This document shows, piece after piece, positions 48,853-61,461 of a stretch of DNA of 64,000 nt. The DNA lies in the NCBI GenBank assembly GCA_002189035.1, contig CM007989.1, forward strand, positions 2,356,001-2,420,000. The letters run 5' to 3'. The number at the start of each line of letters is the position of its first letter. Position 1 is the stretch's first letter. The translations under genes and the position numbers were made by a program. The stretch comes from Utricularia gibba (Eukaryota > Plantae > Magnoliophyta). The notes beneath the pieces are model-generated. The model made no database searches and was not told where the DNA came from. It was given only the letters and a program-made list of their open reading frames with translations.

Positions 48853-50254
48853 ATGGCTCGTGGAGACGGAGGGCTACTGCTTATTGCGGTGGTCGTGGCC
48901 GGGGGTGCGTTCCTGCGCCATGGCGCGGTGGCGAAACCTCAAGTTCCGTGTATGTTCACATTCGGGGACTCGTTGATCGACAATGGGAACAATAACAACA
49001 TGCGATCCCTGGCTAAGGCCAACTACTTCCCTTACGGGATTGATTTTCCGGCCGGCTACACCGGACGGTTCACCAACGGCAGAACCGCCGTTGATTTCAT
49101 AGGTTAGATCCGAGTCTCCATTGATTTACCCTGTAATCTTGTAGAGTGCATTGCGAAAATGAGAGGGAAGTCGACTAACCTCGAATTTGCAGTTGAGTTA
49201 CTGGGCTTCGACGACTACATTCCACCGTACGCGAGTGTCAGGAGTAAAGGGGTTCTTAAAGGAGTGAACTACGCTTCTGCTGCTGCCGGAATCCGGCCGG
49301 AAACCGGCGGGCAACTGGTAGGAAGGAAGACTCTAAATAATTGGATTGGATTCACTCTGAACGCAAATGCTACCATCAACAGGGTGAGAGAGTGGATTTC
49401 GCTGGACAGATAAACAACTACAAGAACACGGTGGCGGAAATGGCGAACTTGCTCGGCAGCAATTCCTCTGCAGCCAAATATCTGAGAAAGTGCATTTTCT
49501 TCATCGCAGTCGGCAGCAACGACTATATCAACAACTATTTCGGACCAAGATTCTACTCCACCGGCAGCAAGTATTCGCCGGAAAGCTACGCCGGAGATCT
49601 CATTAAACAATATGAGAAACAATTAGTTGTACAAATGGAGCTGTATTCATCAATCCTTCACTTGCGAGCGCTTTAAACATACCTTTTTTTTTCATGCAGA
49701 AACTGCAGAAATACGGTGCCCGGAAGTTCGCCCTCGCCGACGTCGGCCCGATCGGATGTAGCCCAAACATGCTTGCGCAAAAGAGTCCCGATGGCGCTAC
49801 TTGCGTTGAGAAGGTAAACTCAGCAAGTGAGATGTTCAATCGCCGACTCAGGGCTTTAATGAAACACCTAAACAGCAAATCCTCGGGCTCAAATTTCACC
49901 TACATCGGCACCAAGGCCATCTTCCAAGAACTAATCGATAATCCACTCGCTTTCGGTAACGCATTGATCCAAAGAGTCAGTTAATCCCTTGAATCAGAAG
50001 CAGAGGTGAACAGATTTCGTTTCGTTGAAGGTTTCAAGGTAGCGAACAGCGGCTGCTGCGGCGTGGGGAGGAACAGAGGTGAGATCACGTGCCAGCCGCT
50101 GCAACAGCCGTGCCGGAACAGAGACGAGTACTTGTTTTGGGATGCCTTTCATCCGACGGAGGCGGCGAACAACATCATCGCGCGGCGGTCATATAAGGCG
50201 GAGAAGGCGTCCGATGCTCATCCCTTCGATCTTCGCACCTTGGCCAAGCTCTGA
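48853..50254 (+). CDS. Secreted GDSL esterase/lipase (At1g29670/At5g45670-like); exons 48853-49102, 49193-49317, 49383-49628, 49700-49955, 50031-50254 (366 aa)
   Basis: FGDSLIDNGNNN, TGRFTNG, GVNYASAAAGI, GSNDYINNY and FWDAFHPTEAAN. Exons sum to 1101 nt in the canonical 5-exon structure. Confidence 0.95.
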
Positions 50255-50537
50255 TACCTTACTATTCTACTTTTGGGCTTTCATCATCCCTCTTCATATG
50301 CCCACCACTTTGAAACCCAATAAAAAACCCAATAAATTGAGCACATTAGTTCCCCCACTTGGGCCGGGCCCTCTTTTTGATTTTCTTCTTATTATTTTAT
50401 TCAAAAAAAGATAATTGATAAACACAACATTTTTTTAAATCATAAAAAATAAGTAAAAATAAAAAAAAATTAATATAAAACAAGGCTACATTGCTGGTCC
50501 TTTAGCAGGTTACCCACAGAAGGCAGTTTCATGTGCT

Positions 50538-52827
50538 TTAAGCCAAAGAAGATGAACGGCCACTTGATCCATCCTCCTTCCACTTCGGGTTCTGAAAGCA
50601 TTTCAGTTGCTTCATCACCTGCAAATGCAGTGTTCTTGTCCATTAACATGAGCTCATCAAAGCCATTTTCCTCAAAGTGGTAGCTTTTTACCTTCCACCC
50701 CCTTCTGCGGCCGATCTTGTTGTATATGATCGCCAGACGAGGAATGATCTGCCCGAAGGTTGGCCTGTTTGCGGGGTTGGCGCTCCAGCACTCTTCGATC
50801 AGACTGCACAGCAAGTTTAACGGGCAGCTGAAATTCTCATGCTCATGAATCAGTTTTGCGGGTAACAGAGATACCGTCTGAGGCCATGGGAATAGAGCTT
50901 CGTTGAAGCTCGGAACGGGGGGCGGTCGTTTGCTGCATAAAGCTTCGCCACCTCGCTGCTGGGCTTCGAGGCGAAAGGTGGGGTTCCTTCGATCATCTGA
51001 GGAGTACATTGCGTCACAGGAAATGGAGGAGGTTCGCAAAGGGTGTGCTGATGGAAACTACCTCTTGCAGAATCAGTGCAAAGGAGAAGACATCCACTTT
51101 GGTGTCATATTCTTCGTTCTTGAAGATCTCGGGAGCGATGTAACGACCTGCAGATGATATAAATTATGGCAATCAACAGTTCAAGTTTTGGTATATCGAA
51201 ACGAAGGCTTACAAGTATCATGGCGACCACAGCATTTCTCTACTGTTTTGGAAACTCTGAGAAGCTTACTCACATCAAAGTCTGCAACTTTCAGGTGTCC
51301 AGAATCTCCTAGCAATACATTCCTGTTGCAAAACGGGCAAAATGGAACTGAAACAAGTCTATCCGAACGCATTGAAACATGGCTTGCAGTAAACTAACTG
51401 GCACACTCACGAGGTTTCAAGATCACCATGGATGATTGGTTCAGGCTTATTCTCATGTAGATAGTTCATTCCCCTAGGCAACACAAGTACATGGCTGTAT
51501 CTTAATTCCATTCCTTTGTTGAAGAAAGAAAGAACTAGGAAGGAAGAGTGTTATTTGGTTTCTGAACCTTGCTATATCCATTGCAAATCGAAGAGCAATT
51601 GCTGGCTCAAGTGGTCCTTTATCTTTCAGATATTCCTGAAGGTCACCCTAGATGTTCATTTCAAATACATAAATATCAGAGGAGATAATCAGAACTGATC
51701 CTTCCCAGATTTCTTGAAACATAAATGTAGTATTCAACATGAGGAGCTTTCTTCATTTTTTCTTTCAATGCGGGATTGCTAGATTAGTGAAGGTCTAGCA
51801 GCAAAGAATGTTACCTTAGGCAAGTACTCTGTGACAATCATCATTGGACTGCTTTGAGTGACAGCTCCAAGAAACTGAAGCACATTTGGGTGTCTGAGTT
51901 TCTGAAGCAATGCAAGCTCATCACGAAATTCCTTCCTAGAAAAAAGGCCAGCACATGACAATGAAGCTATTCACAAATCAGTACATCATTCTAATAAACC
52001 TACACTTTTTCCTCATCCTCTATCCCTTCCATGAATGTTTTCACAGCAACTTGTGTTCCACGCCATGTGGCGACTCTGAAAGTACCCTGAAATGATGCAT
52101 TTACATCAGTAAAGATCAAACACATCAGCCAGTCAAGATGGCTATAGTGAACAGAGTACAGCACCTTGGTTATTGCAAGCTTCATCGAAAAATCAAGATC
52201 TTTGGGATTAATCTCATATTCAGGAACTTCACGCGCATGTTTTACCTGCATAGGTGCCATCTAATGGAGAAAAGATCATTAAATACGGTAACTCCTGTGT
52301 GTTGGGGGAAAATGTTCATGCTGTGACTAACCAATTGCCTGGCGCCCCATTTCTCTAGTAGCTTGATGACCCCATGATTCTTGTAGTGTATTGCATCAGC
52401 CAGCGGCTGAAGGAACAAATTAACTTACTTACATATCCAACAGAAGAAGACACAAAAACAGTTATCGTATGAAGTGAAGTATAAAAAATACCGTGCTTTT
52501 CCACCGGTCCTTAACATCAACCCGCGCTCCATTTTGAAGCAACAAGAGAGCAACATCCTCATTACCCTGACAAGCAGCAACATGAAGTGCTGTCCTGTGA
52601 TCAATATCCAGAAAATTAACATCAGTGTTGGAGGCTATAAGATCTTTTATGCCCTCCAAATCACCTTCATTTGCCAAATACATCAATTTCAATCCGGGAT
52701 CAATATCATCCACCTCCTCCCCCTCTTCTTGCTCTAAATCTAAATCCGCGAGGTCATCATAAATCTCCTCGGGGGCCAATGAAGATTGCTTCCACAGGGT
52801 GAATTTTGCAGGGGCCGCGGATTCCAT
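50538..52827 (-). CDS. Integrin-linked kinase (ankyrin repeats + Raf-like kinase; ILK4/BHP-like) with altered catalytic motifs
   Basis: FTLWKQSSLAP, LMYLANEGDLEGI, RTALHVAACQG, GTFRVATWRGTQVAVK, LRHPNVLQFLGAVT, IIHGDLETS, KVADFDVSK and RYIAPEIF. The junctions I checked are GT-AG and in frame. Confidence 0.93.
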
Positions 52828-52859
52828 GGAATGATATTTGAATGAATAAAGAAAGACAG

Positions 52860-53152
52860 GATTTTGTAGATGCCCAACTCCAATAGAATGCAGTCTGCCG
52901 CAGTTCAGTTAACCAAATAGACAAAAAGGAATCCGAAAAATGCAGTCGCCAAAAACAAGCGCTAAAGGCAATCCTTTCCGCTTTGCCACATCTGCTTTTA
53001 TCCGTGATTTTGCAGATACCCAACTCCAATAGAATGCAATCAGCCGCAATTCAGTTAACCGAATAGCCAATACAGGAATCTGAAAAATGCAGTCGTCAAA
53101 AACAACCGCTAAAGCCAACCCTTTCCGCTTTGCCACATTTGCGTTTATCTGT
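52860..53152. repeat. Tandem duplication of a 146/147-bp unit (~88% identical by hand alignment) just upstream of the ILK ATG
   Basis: Copy 1 (52860-53005) begins GATTTTGTAGATGCCCAACTCCAATAGAATGC; copy 2 (53006-53152) begins GATTTTGCAGATACCCAACTCCAATAGAATGC. Confidence 0.93.
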
Positions 53153-53607
53153 GTCGCGAAGCTTGAAAGACTTTTCAACGAAAGAACGCGTGTTTATATT
53201 AAAACATGATAAGACTGCTGACTGCTTCTTTTCTTCCTTTTCGTTTTCAGTTGGTAGAGAGGACGGCATCGTCTCCATCCGGAGTCTCTGTAAAGACAAA
53301 ACCTTCCACGGTCCATTTTGCATGTTGTGTCACTTCAGTTATAAGGAAGATTTGTACCACTGTGATCTATCTACATTTGCCCCGGTCGGCGTCTCTTATC
53401 CAGGTGAGTTGAAATTTCAAGTCAACTCTTACCATTTTCTATGCAACATTTTGGCAACACCTGGGATCGATTGATTACTTTCTCTTGTCTGTTCTTGGGA
53501 GCAGAAGGGACAGAGAGCTAGATGACAAAGTTGAAACACAGTACAAGTGCTAAGGGGTAGAGGCTAAGCAGATAGATGGGGTGGGGAGACAACTTTTGTG
53601 TTTCTTA

Positions 53608-54789
53608 TCACGGGAAGGGTACGGCTTTCTTCATTTCCTCCGGCGCTATATCGACGGCGAAGCCCTTTCCGTGCTGCTTCCAGTAGTCGGCCTGAGGGTT
53701 AAGCCATTCAGGCTCCGGTAGCTCCACCCGTGATCTTTTAAAAGCATCCGTTGATATGTTGTACTTGTTGTCTCTATTCAGAACGAGCTCCGGGTTCACC
53801 AGCCCCATCTTCACAGCCTGTGGCGACACCATTAGGGCCGGCGGTCCCGTGGGAAGCTTATCACCTGCAGATTTGTAACCAAAAGTGATTCTACAGAGTA
53901 ACACTACCCTATACCTGTGCTACACGGAGCATGGGGACGAAGGATTATCCATGCACAAGAAGAACGATGGGAGATACATACAGAAGAAGTGATTAGTCAT
54001 AATAAAATTTCCAAATCAAGCAGCTGGTTGTCTAAGGAGAACGATGGCATGTTACTGTATCAACTAATATTTTCCAAATGTCACCTCTATCAGTTTGCCA
54101 AGTGCACCAGAATTTTCCATAGGTTTTGGCCAGACTTTTGAGCTCCGATGTGAGGACCATTTCTGGAACCCTGGGATTAACCCACAGCCCAGATTTGATC
54201 TGCATGCAAATATGATTTGATCAGTCTAATGAGTTCACAAAACCAACACCCCATATTAATAGTTAAGAAACATACCTCATATGCATGGGAATGCCAGAGC
54301 TTCTGCTCTTCAAGAGGAAGATTTTCGAACAGCTTATCAGAAACGATATACTCCACACCTGCAAGAACGAAAAAATTAATAGGCACACATGACAGGGGGC
54401 CTTTAAGGAACACTTCATGACAGAAAAAGAATAACACTACTGACGAGGCATTTCAACAAAGACTTTAAGCGCGTAGAAACAATATTACCATTATGGCACT
54501 ACATAGAACAGTTTAACAGCAGAAGCTCACCGATTAGACGGGCGTTGGACTCGTCAGAATCATAAACAGCACACTGGAGGAAATCCTCGTTGATTCGGGA
54601 GACATAGTGATGAGTTTCGATTTGACGGGACATGTCGTGGTTGTAAATAGCGAAGGTGCAAACATGCTGATTCATTTGCTTCATGGGCTTCATTGACTGC
54701 ATCATCGAAGCCCCCTTGTCTAGAATTTGTTGACCTGCGGTCATGGGCTTCCCCGGAGGGATCACGTCACCGCCGCCACGCTGCGCCAT
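53608..54789 (-). CDS. OBAP2: Oil body-associated protein 2 (DUF1264); exons 54789-54531, 54358-54276, 54199-54085, 53864-53608 (237 aa)
   Basis: PPGKPMT...RQIETHHY...QCAVYDSD...LWHSHAYE...[17 protein letters not shown]. Exons sum to 714 nt. Confidence 0.92.
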
Positions 54790-54830
54790 TCCTATTGAAA
54801 CCGCAAGCGGCAAGAACGGGGAAAGCGCCC

Positions 54831-54924
54831 TATATAATCAAGAGGAAGAAGCCATGAGCTGCGGACACGGCGCTGTGAAAGAGCTGTTGAGGTGGCCGAT
54901 CGTTATTCCCCGTTCTGCCACGTA
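54831..54924 (-). promoter_or_regulatory. OBAP2 core promoter: TATA and ABRE
   Basis: TATATA at 54831-54836 and TACGTGGC (ABRE consensus YACGTGGC) on the minus strand at 54917-54924, consistent with a seed/ABA-induced gene. Confidence 0.55.
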
Positions 54925-55200
54925 ATGCATAAACGACATACAAATCCAAATCTATATTTCATTTCAAAATTAATCCTTTTATCCATATCGATTAATTGGT
55001 TTTCATTAATCGGTTCATACATTACATATTAATTCGAAAGATGGTATTTGTACTGGAAGCCATGATTCCGCATGTAGAAACAGAACACAAAGATAGAAGA
55101 GAGGTTAGCAGTGGGATCTGCTGCAGCTCCTGGAGGAGATGAGATGCTCTGTCTGGTTCGAAATACGCCATTTGACTTTGTTTTGTGTGAGCCAGTTGGT

Positions 55201-56328
55201 TCAGTTGCCCCACCAATCGGATGCAGCAGGCTTCTTCACAAGGATATCGTTGTATTCCGGTCTTGAGGTCTGCTCAAGATTCAAAAAGGAAAGCACAAGA
55301 AACAGAAAAAGATCAGTAGTGCACCAGCTTATGACTGCAAAGCAAGATTAGAACCGTGAACACAACCAAGTGCAAAAAACAGGCAAACAAGTTTTGTTTA
55401 TAGTAAGAGATAAACAAGCCTTTGCAATCTGTTCATCAGAATGATGGTTAACACCACATTTCTGAAGCCTTTTTATAAGTGCACTATATGTATGCTCGAG
55501 ATTCTACTCTACAAATATGGGCTTCACGCCTGGTTTAAACTTGTTAAGGAACGAGAACACTCAACTCCCTGAGAGTGGTTCCGGCATCAAACTTGACAAT
55601 GAATGAGTGGATCCTTGATTGTGGTCGATTGAAGGAATCTACTCTAAGAATCATGAAGCCACGCCTACTGTTAAAAGCCAACATACTCAATAATATCTTA
55701 ACATATTTTGATAAATTTCCTACCTTGGTGAAGGGAAGGGGAATTGGAATTGTTGTTCATAAACTAATGAACAAACAATCCCTTCACCATCTGATAGAAG
55801 ATTGACTTCTCATCAACTTTGACACCATGTTAAATTAGACAGAACATGGATCGCCCTAAAGAATGGAGCATCTAGGAATGTAATCTCAAAAAGTGCATTT
55901 GTGATCTTAGTAATCAAGAAAAAGTTGGAGACTTGATCTCAATTCCTAGTTCATTTGATACCACTCATTGATACTTTAGTCGATAAGTATCCACATGGAT
56001 CACAACGTCCGAGGGGGTCGATCCCTAATGACGCTGTAGAAGCATAATCTCAATTCACACTTCTCAACCATAATCCTAAACCCTGTAATCCACCACACAA
56101 ATTGGAAACGATGGGAGTTTGGTAAGAGTTGTAAAATCTAACCAGATCCTTGAAGACGAGATAAGCAACAACGAAAAACAGGACAAAGAGGATCTCGAAT
56201 TCCGCGAAGCGAACGAATGCGAAAACCGATTCGACCCACCGCGTCAGCACAGAAGGCCTTGATGATGTCGCTGGATCTCCGCTTCTCCGGCGGAGGCCGT
56301 CGATGCCAGCCACTGCCGTCCGTGCCAT
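55201..56328 (-). CDS. Small single-pass membrane protein of unknown function, 84 aa; exons 56328-56143 and 55269-55201
   Basis: ...FAEFEILFVLFFVVAYLVFKDL|TSRPEYNDILVKKPAASDWWGN*, with a clean GTTAG donor, a GCAG acceptor and one hydrophobic helix. Resembles a small conserved plant family I recall but cannot name. Confidence 0.8.
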
Positions 56329-57072
56329 AGGTAAAACTGAGAAACAGAAAGAAACGAAGGATCAGATATTAATAAAATCGCACGTTTTAAATGATTTTAA
56401 TATATTATATTTAATAATCAAATTACACACAAAGTGAAGTCTTTTTATGTAAGACAAATTTTTATTTCGAACAACAAATATCTCTCAATTAACTATTTGA
56501 CTATTTTAGATATTTTTTTCTGAAATAATTTGAATTAAAATTTATTTTTAATATATTTTTTCAATCAATACTATAATATCCTTGATAATAAATAAGATTC
56601 GATTCAATATACGAAATCTTTATATTTGATAAATAAAATCATTAGATTACTTTCGATAGATAGTTTTAGATTCGTTTTAAAGAGTATTTTTATTTAAAAT
56701 GAATTTGAAATTTATTAATTATGCTAATTACCCAAAGCCCCTTTGCCTATACATAAATACTTATTCTTTGTGGGCTGAAAAGTAATTATTTTAAGGTTAA
56801 GAAATGTAATTTCAGAAATGTTTGGGAATAGGCATACAAAGTTACTAATTGAGGGAGGGCGACTCTTTTTGATTGGACGGGAGTTATATATACGCCCTCT
56901 GCAGTCTGATGTGAATCCCCCGTTGGAGACTGCAATTAGATCTGGTAAAGTGTAACGGGGAGGAAGACGGTCACTATTGAAACCCTAGACGGGTATTTGC
57001 TTTGGTTCTGGACTGTTGTGGAATTGTGCGTTGGTTAAGGAGAATCTTCATTGATTCTGAATTTTCTTGCGG

Positions 57073-60000
57073 ATGGGGGACGATGATCTGCCACCGGACG
57101 CGCAACGCTGCAAGCGCACTGACGGCCGTCAATGGCGGTGCAAGAAGCGGGTGATGGATGGGCTGACGCTTTGCGAAATTCACTATCTTCAAGGGAAGCA
57201 TCGGCAGCATAAACAGAAAGTACCGGTATCGTTGAAATTGGAGAGAACCGCGCGCAAGAAGGAGGAGAATGGCAGTGGCAATGGGGAATGCAGTAAGAAG
57301 ATCATGAAGAAGTCGAAAGTGCAGACACTGGCGTTGTCGGAGAAAAGGAAAGGGAGGTGCATATCGGAGGCTTTGGACGATGCTTTGAGGAGGATGAAAT
57401 TGAAAAGGGGTGATCTACATTTGGATTTAATCAGGGTTTTCTTGAAGAGGCAGGTGGAGAAGAAGAAGGAGAAGGAAAAGGAGATGCAGGAAAATGCACT
57501 CGAGGAGGAGACCAGGGAGTTGCCTTACGGGGTTTTGGCTATATCACAATCATCATCTAGCTTGCAAAATCTATGTGAAAATGGCAACGTGGATGTGAAA
57601 ATAGGAGCAGAGTCAAAAGTTCAATGCTTTCTGGGAAGGCATTTTCGATCAAAAAGTATCGAACCGATGCCCATCGGGGCCATCAAGGTATTCTTTTTCT
57701 TGTTGTTCGTGTCGATCATGGTTCCTAGTTGCTTGTTTATTTTTGTTTTCTCATTTCAAAGAGAAGACTGATCACTTCTCTGAAAACAGGTTGTTCCATA
57801 TGTGGAGATTTCGAAGAAGAAGAAATCAAAGAAATGCCACTTCTGTAGGGAAAGCAAATTTGGCTACTTGATCAAATGTCTGGCTTGTAGAAAGCGTTTC
57901 TTTTGTGTGGAGTGCATTAAAAAGAGGTTTGCTTTCGTGTAATTATCAGTCACGCTGAGATGGATCTGATTTGGTAGTGCCCTTGTAATGCAGACTGGGA
58001 ATGCTAAAAATGAACAGCACTTGTTTTTTTCAGGGGACTGAAGAAGCACGAATTAAAGGTTAGCTGCCCCGTTTGTTGTGGGTTGTGTAGGTGTGGGACA
58101 TGCGCGAAGCAGCAGCTCAGAGCTTGCAATCACGGGGTTTGATTACTGATACATGAATCCTGGTCGTTTATATAAGTGACGAATATTGGATTAGCAATTT
58201 TATATGTTTTCAACCATCCTTCTTGTAGGAATCGTGTGGAGATGGAAGAAAATTGGATAGAAAATCATTGCTTAGCTACCTGATTTATATGCTTCTTCCA
58301 GTTCTGAAAAAAGTAAACACTGATCACGATTTTATGATACAAGAAGAATCAAGAGTAACAGGTATAGGGATGCTGGATTTTATTCCCTTTCGTGGTTCAC
58401 TCTTTCTCACTCTTGGTGATTATCACATTTCATTTTCCTGCTTACCCTAGGAAAAGAACAATCAGAATTAAGGATTCCACAGGCAATGGTGCAGCATCAT
58501 ACACCTGAATATTGGTACGTTTTATACTTTCATTTTTTGTTTCATGTATCTTTTTCCAACTGCTTTTTCTTGAAGGTTTCTTATTCCTGTTTCCTTTGTT
58601 GATTTATAATCTTCTATCAGTAACAGATGCAGTACTTCAATTGTAGACTACCATAGAGCCTGTACGAACTGTTCATATAATCTGTGTTTGAGTTGCTGCC
58701 GTGAGATATCACAAAATGTCCCCTGTGACACCTCAAGAATCAGAAGATTGAAGAAAAGAAAAATATGTTTATCTGGTGAACAGTTTCCAGTAAAAGGGAA
58801 TGTTTCTAGGGGAGTTTCTGATGGAACCCATCACTGGGCCAATACTTGGTTGAAAAATTGGTCCCCAAGGGAAGATGGCCGCATACCATGCCCACCAGTG
58901 TGCGCTGGTGGTTGTGGGGAAAGCCTCCTTGATTTAAGATGCTTGTTCCCCTCCTTCTGGACGAGGGATCTGGAATTTAAAGCTGATGAGTTACTCCGCA
59001 ACTACTGTGCTCCTGAAACTGCGGATATTTCTTCTTGCTGTTCCCACTGTAATGAAATGCATGCCACCAATGTTTCTGTTGACGTGCAAACGAAAATACC
59101 TAGAAAAATAAGTTCGTATGATAACTACATTTATTGCCCTTCTGTAAAGGAACTTCATCACGAAAAGCTTGAGCACTTTCAGAGTCACTGGTGTAAAGGC
59201 CATCCTGTTGTTGTCCGAAATGTGTTTCAGAGCACCTCTGGTTTGTGTTGGGATCCTGTTATTATGCTGTGCTCCTACATGGAGAGCAAGAGCTCTGAGG
59301 ATTCAACTAATACTGGTACAAAGGCTTCAAACTCTCTTGACTGGTGTGAGGTTTGTAACTATGGCTCTTTCTCTGCGGGATTAAATCAGCGCTGCACATC
59401 AGATTCATTAATTTTAAGTGGAAATCATCAAAGTTCAACTATATCTTTTGACCATTCATATATGCACTTGAGTGTCATAGTTTGACATATCATGAGCATT
59501 ATCTTCACTTCCCGCTAGGTTTACCTTGACAGATATCCTTCATTCTGAAAATATAGAATCTGTAGTCTTTTATGGTTATCTTTTCAGTGGATTATATTCT
59601 ACTAATATGCATCTATTTGATTTTGTATGTATTTCATTCGACTCCATTGATCTTCCATTCAGGTGGAAATTGGCCGAAAGAGAACATTTATGGGGTCAAT
59701 AGAAAGCAGGACACATGCTAGTGTTCAACAAAAGTTTTTGAAATGTAAAGCTTGGCTCTCATCGCATTTGTTTCAAAGGCAGTTCCCAGTTCATTATAAG
59801 GAGATATTATGCTCCCTGCCACTCCCAGAATATATTCACCCAGTGTCCGGCCTTTTGAATGTTGGTTCTAGGATTCCCAAGGAATGGCCAAAGCCTGAGT
59901 TTGGCCCCTCCCTTTTTCTTTCATATGGAGGCGGAGAGGAACTTTCTCAGAGTGATTATTTGTCAAAGCTCTCTTACGAATCACGTGATAGTGTAAGGGT

Positions 60001-61461
60001 TTGTCTTGAATCTATGCATTAAACTTTTTATCGCTGTATAACATGACATGACTTTCGGCATGTGTTTTATAGCATTCCCTTGATTAGAGTGACAACTGCT
60101 GATATGTCTGTGACTCGGGTTATTGATTTATGCTACTTTTACCGCTGTATGTCAGGTTAACATACTTGTTTATGCTACTGATGCCCGGATATCACCAGAA
60201 CAAATTAGCAAGATCCAGAGCACAATGAAGAATTGCATGTCACAAGAAAACCACCGAATGCAATCATCTAGCTATTCCAGCAATCAAAAAAACAAGTCGT
60301 CCCTCCTGAGTGAGGAGACTTATGACTCTAGCTTGCAGGCCATCAGAGACAAGATGGCGCTACCCAAGGGAATGAAAAGTGCGCCTTTTCACTCAAGTGC
60401 TGTTAATGGTCAGGTGCATCCTGTGGCAAATGGAAATCTATCCGATGACGGTGAATCTGATTCTGACGAATCAATTCTATACTGTGGAAGTATTGAAACA
60501 TCTGAAGATTTTGATGAGCATCTTCGGGGTGAGGAGGTGGAAAGCTGTGTTTCTGGTGATGACCACCAAGCAAACCGTACCTGTGGTGCATTCTGGGATA
60601 TTTTTTCCCTAAAAGATGTGCCAAAACTTCAAGAATACCTTAAGAGGCATTCCAGTGAGCTCAGCTCCGCATGTAACCAGTTGAAACGGGTATGACTGCT
60701 CATGAATAAATATCTCACACTTGCTTCGTTAGAAATGACACAGTGGATGTACTCTACTTATTACAGGTTCATCCGTTCTTTGATCAAAGATTTTACCTTA
60801 ATGCATACCATAAACTGAAGCTGAAAGAGGAGTTTGGTACGTTAGATTATTGGTACCTTAAATGCCCATATTATTTTGGATGCACTGTGATTTTTCCGGA
60901 TTTGTTGCACTCAGATGTTGAACCATGGAGTTTCGAGCAGTTCACTGGAGAAGCCATCTTTATTCCTGCTGGTTGTCCATACCAAATAAGAAAACTGAAG
61001 GTAAAACTGCGATCTAGCATCCTTGCATTAGCTTAAGAGATTTTGATGTTCCATGGCTGTTTTCCATCTCTACATGATTGAGCAACAGCTTATATCATAT
61101 ACATTGGCATTGCTGTTTCTTAGAAATGTATTACTACTTGTTATGACCGTGTTTTATTTTTTTGTGTCTTTGCAGTCATGTGTCAATGTTGTTTTGGATT
61201 TTATCTCCCCTGAAAACGCATCTCGGTGTGTTCAGTTGAATGATGAAATTCGCGTTCTCCCCACCTGGCACAATGCCAAAAAGAAAGCTTTGGAGGTAAT
61301 AATAAACACCACTACCTCGTAATCCGTTTTTCGTTTATATATGCGATGGACATTATGTTGGATATTGGTCACTGCAGGTGGAAAAAATGGCTGTTCAGGC
61401 AATTAATACGGCGATTGAGGATATTTGTACCATGGAACCAGTAAACCATGCATTCTTTTGA
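57073..61461 (+). CDS. JMJ28: KDM3/JHDM2-family JmjC protein JMJ28-like (WRC + Cys-rich zinc finger + degenerate JmjC)
   Basis: WRC domain [12 protein letters not shown]...CEIH, CHFC...CLAC...CVEC...[67 protein letters not shown]. Stop at 61459-61461. Confidence 0.9.

Noticed and set aside
28915-50254. CYP710A, two GDSL esterases, the RWA relic and DUF642 as a biosynthetic gene cluster
   Set aside because: CYP710A acts in primary sterol metabolism, there is no scaffold-forming enzyme, and the neighbours match ordinary ancestral eudicot gene order.
52860-53152. The tandem unit as a CRISPR array or LTR pair
   Set aside because: Only two directly adjacent copies, with no spacers, TG...CA ends, target-site duplication or internal coding region.
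1523-61461. HEN1, CPSF30, CUL4, U4 and JMJ28 as a co-located RNA/chromatin module
   Set aside because: They are scattered among unrelated genes with no shared regulatory signature that I could see; chance is sufficient in a dense region.
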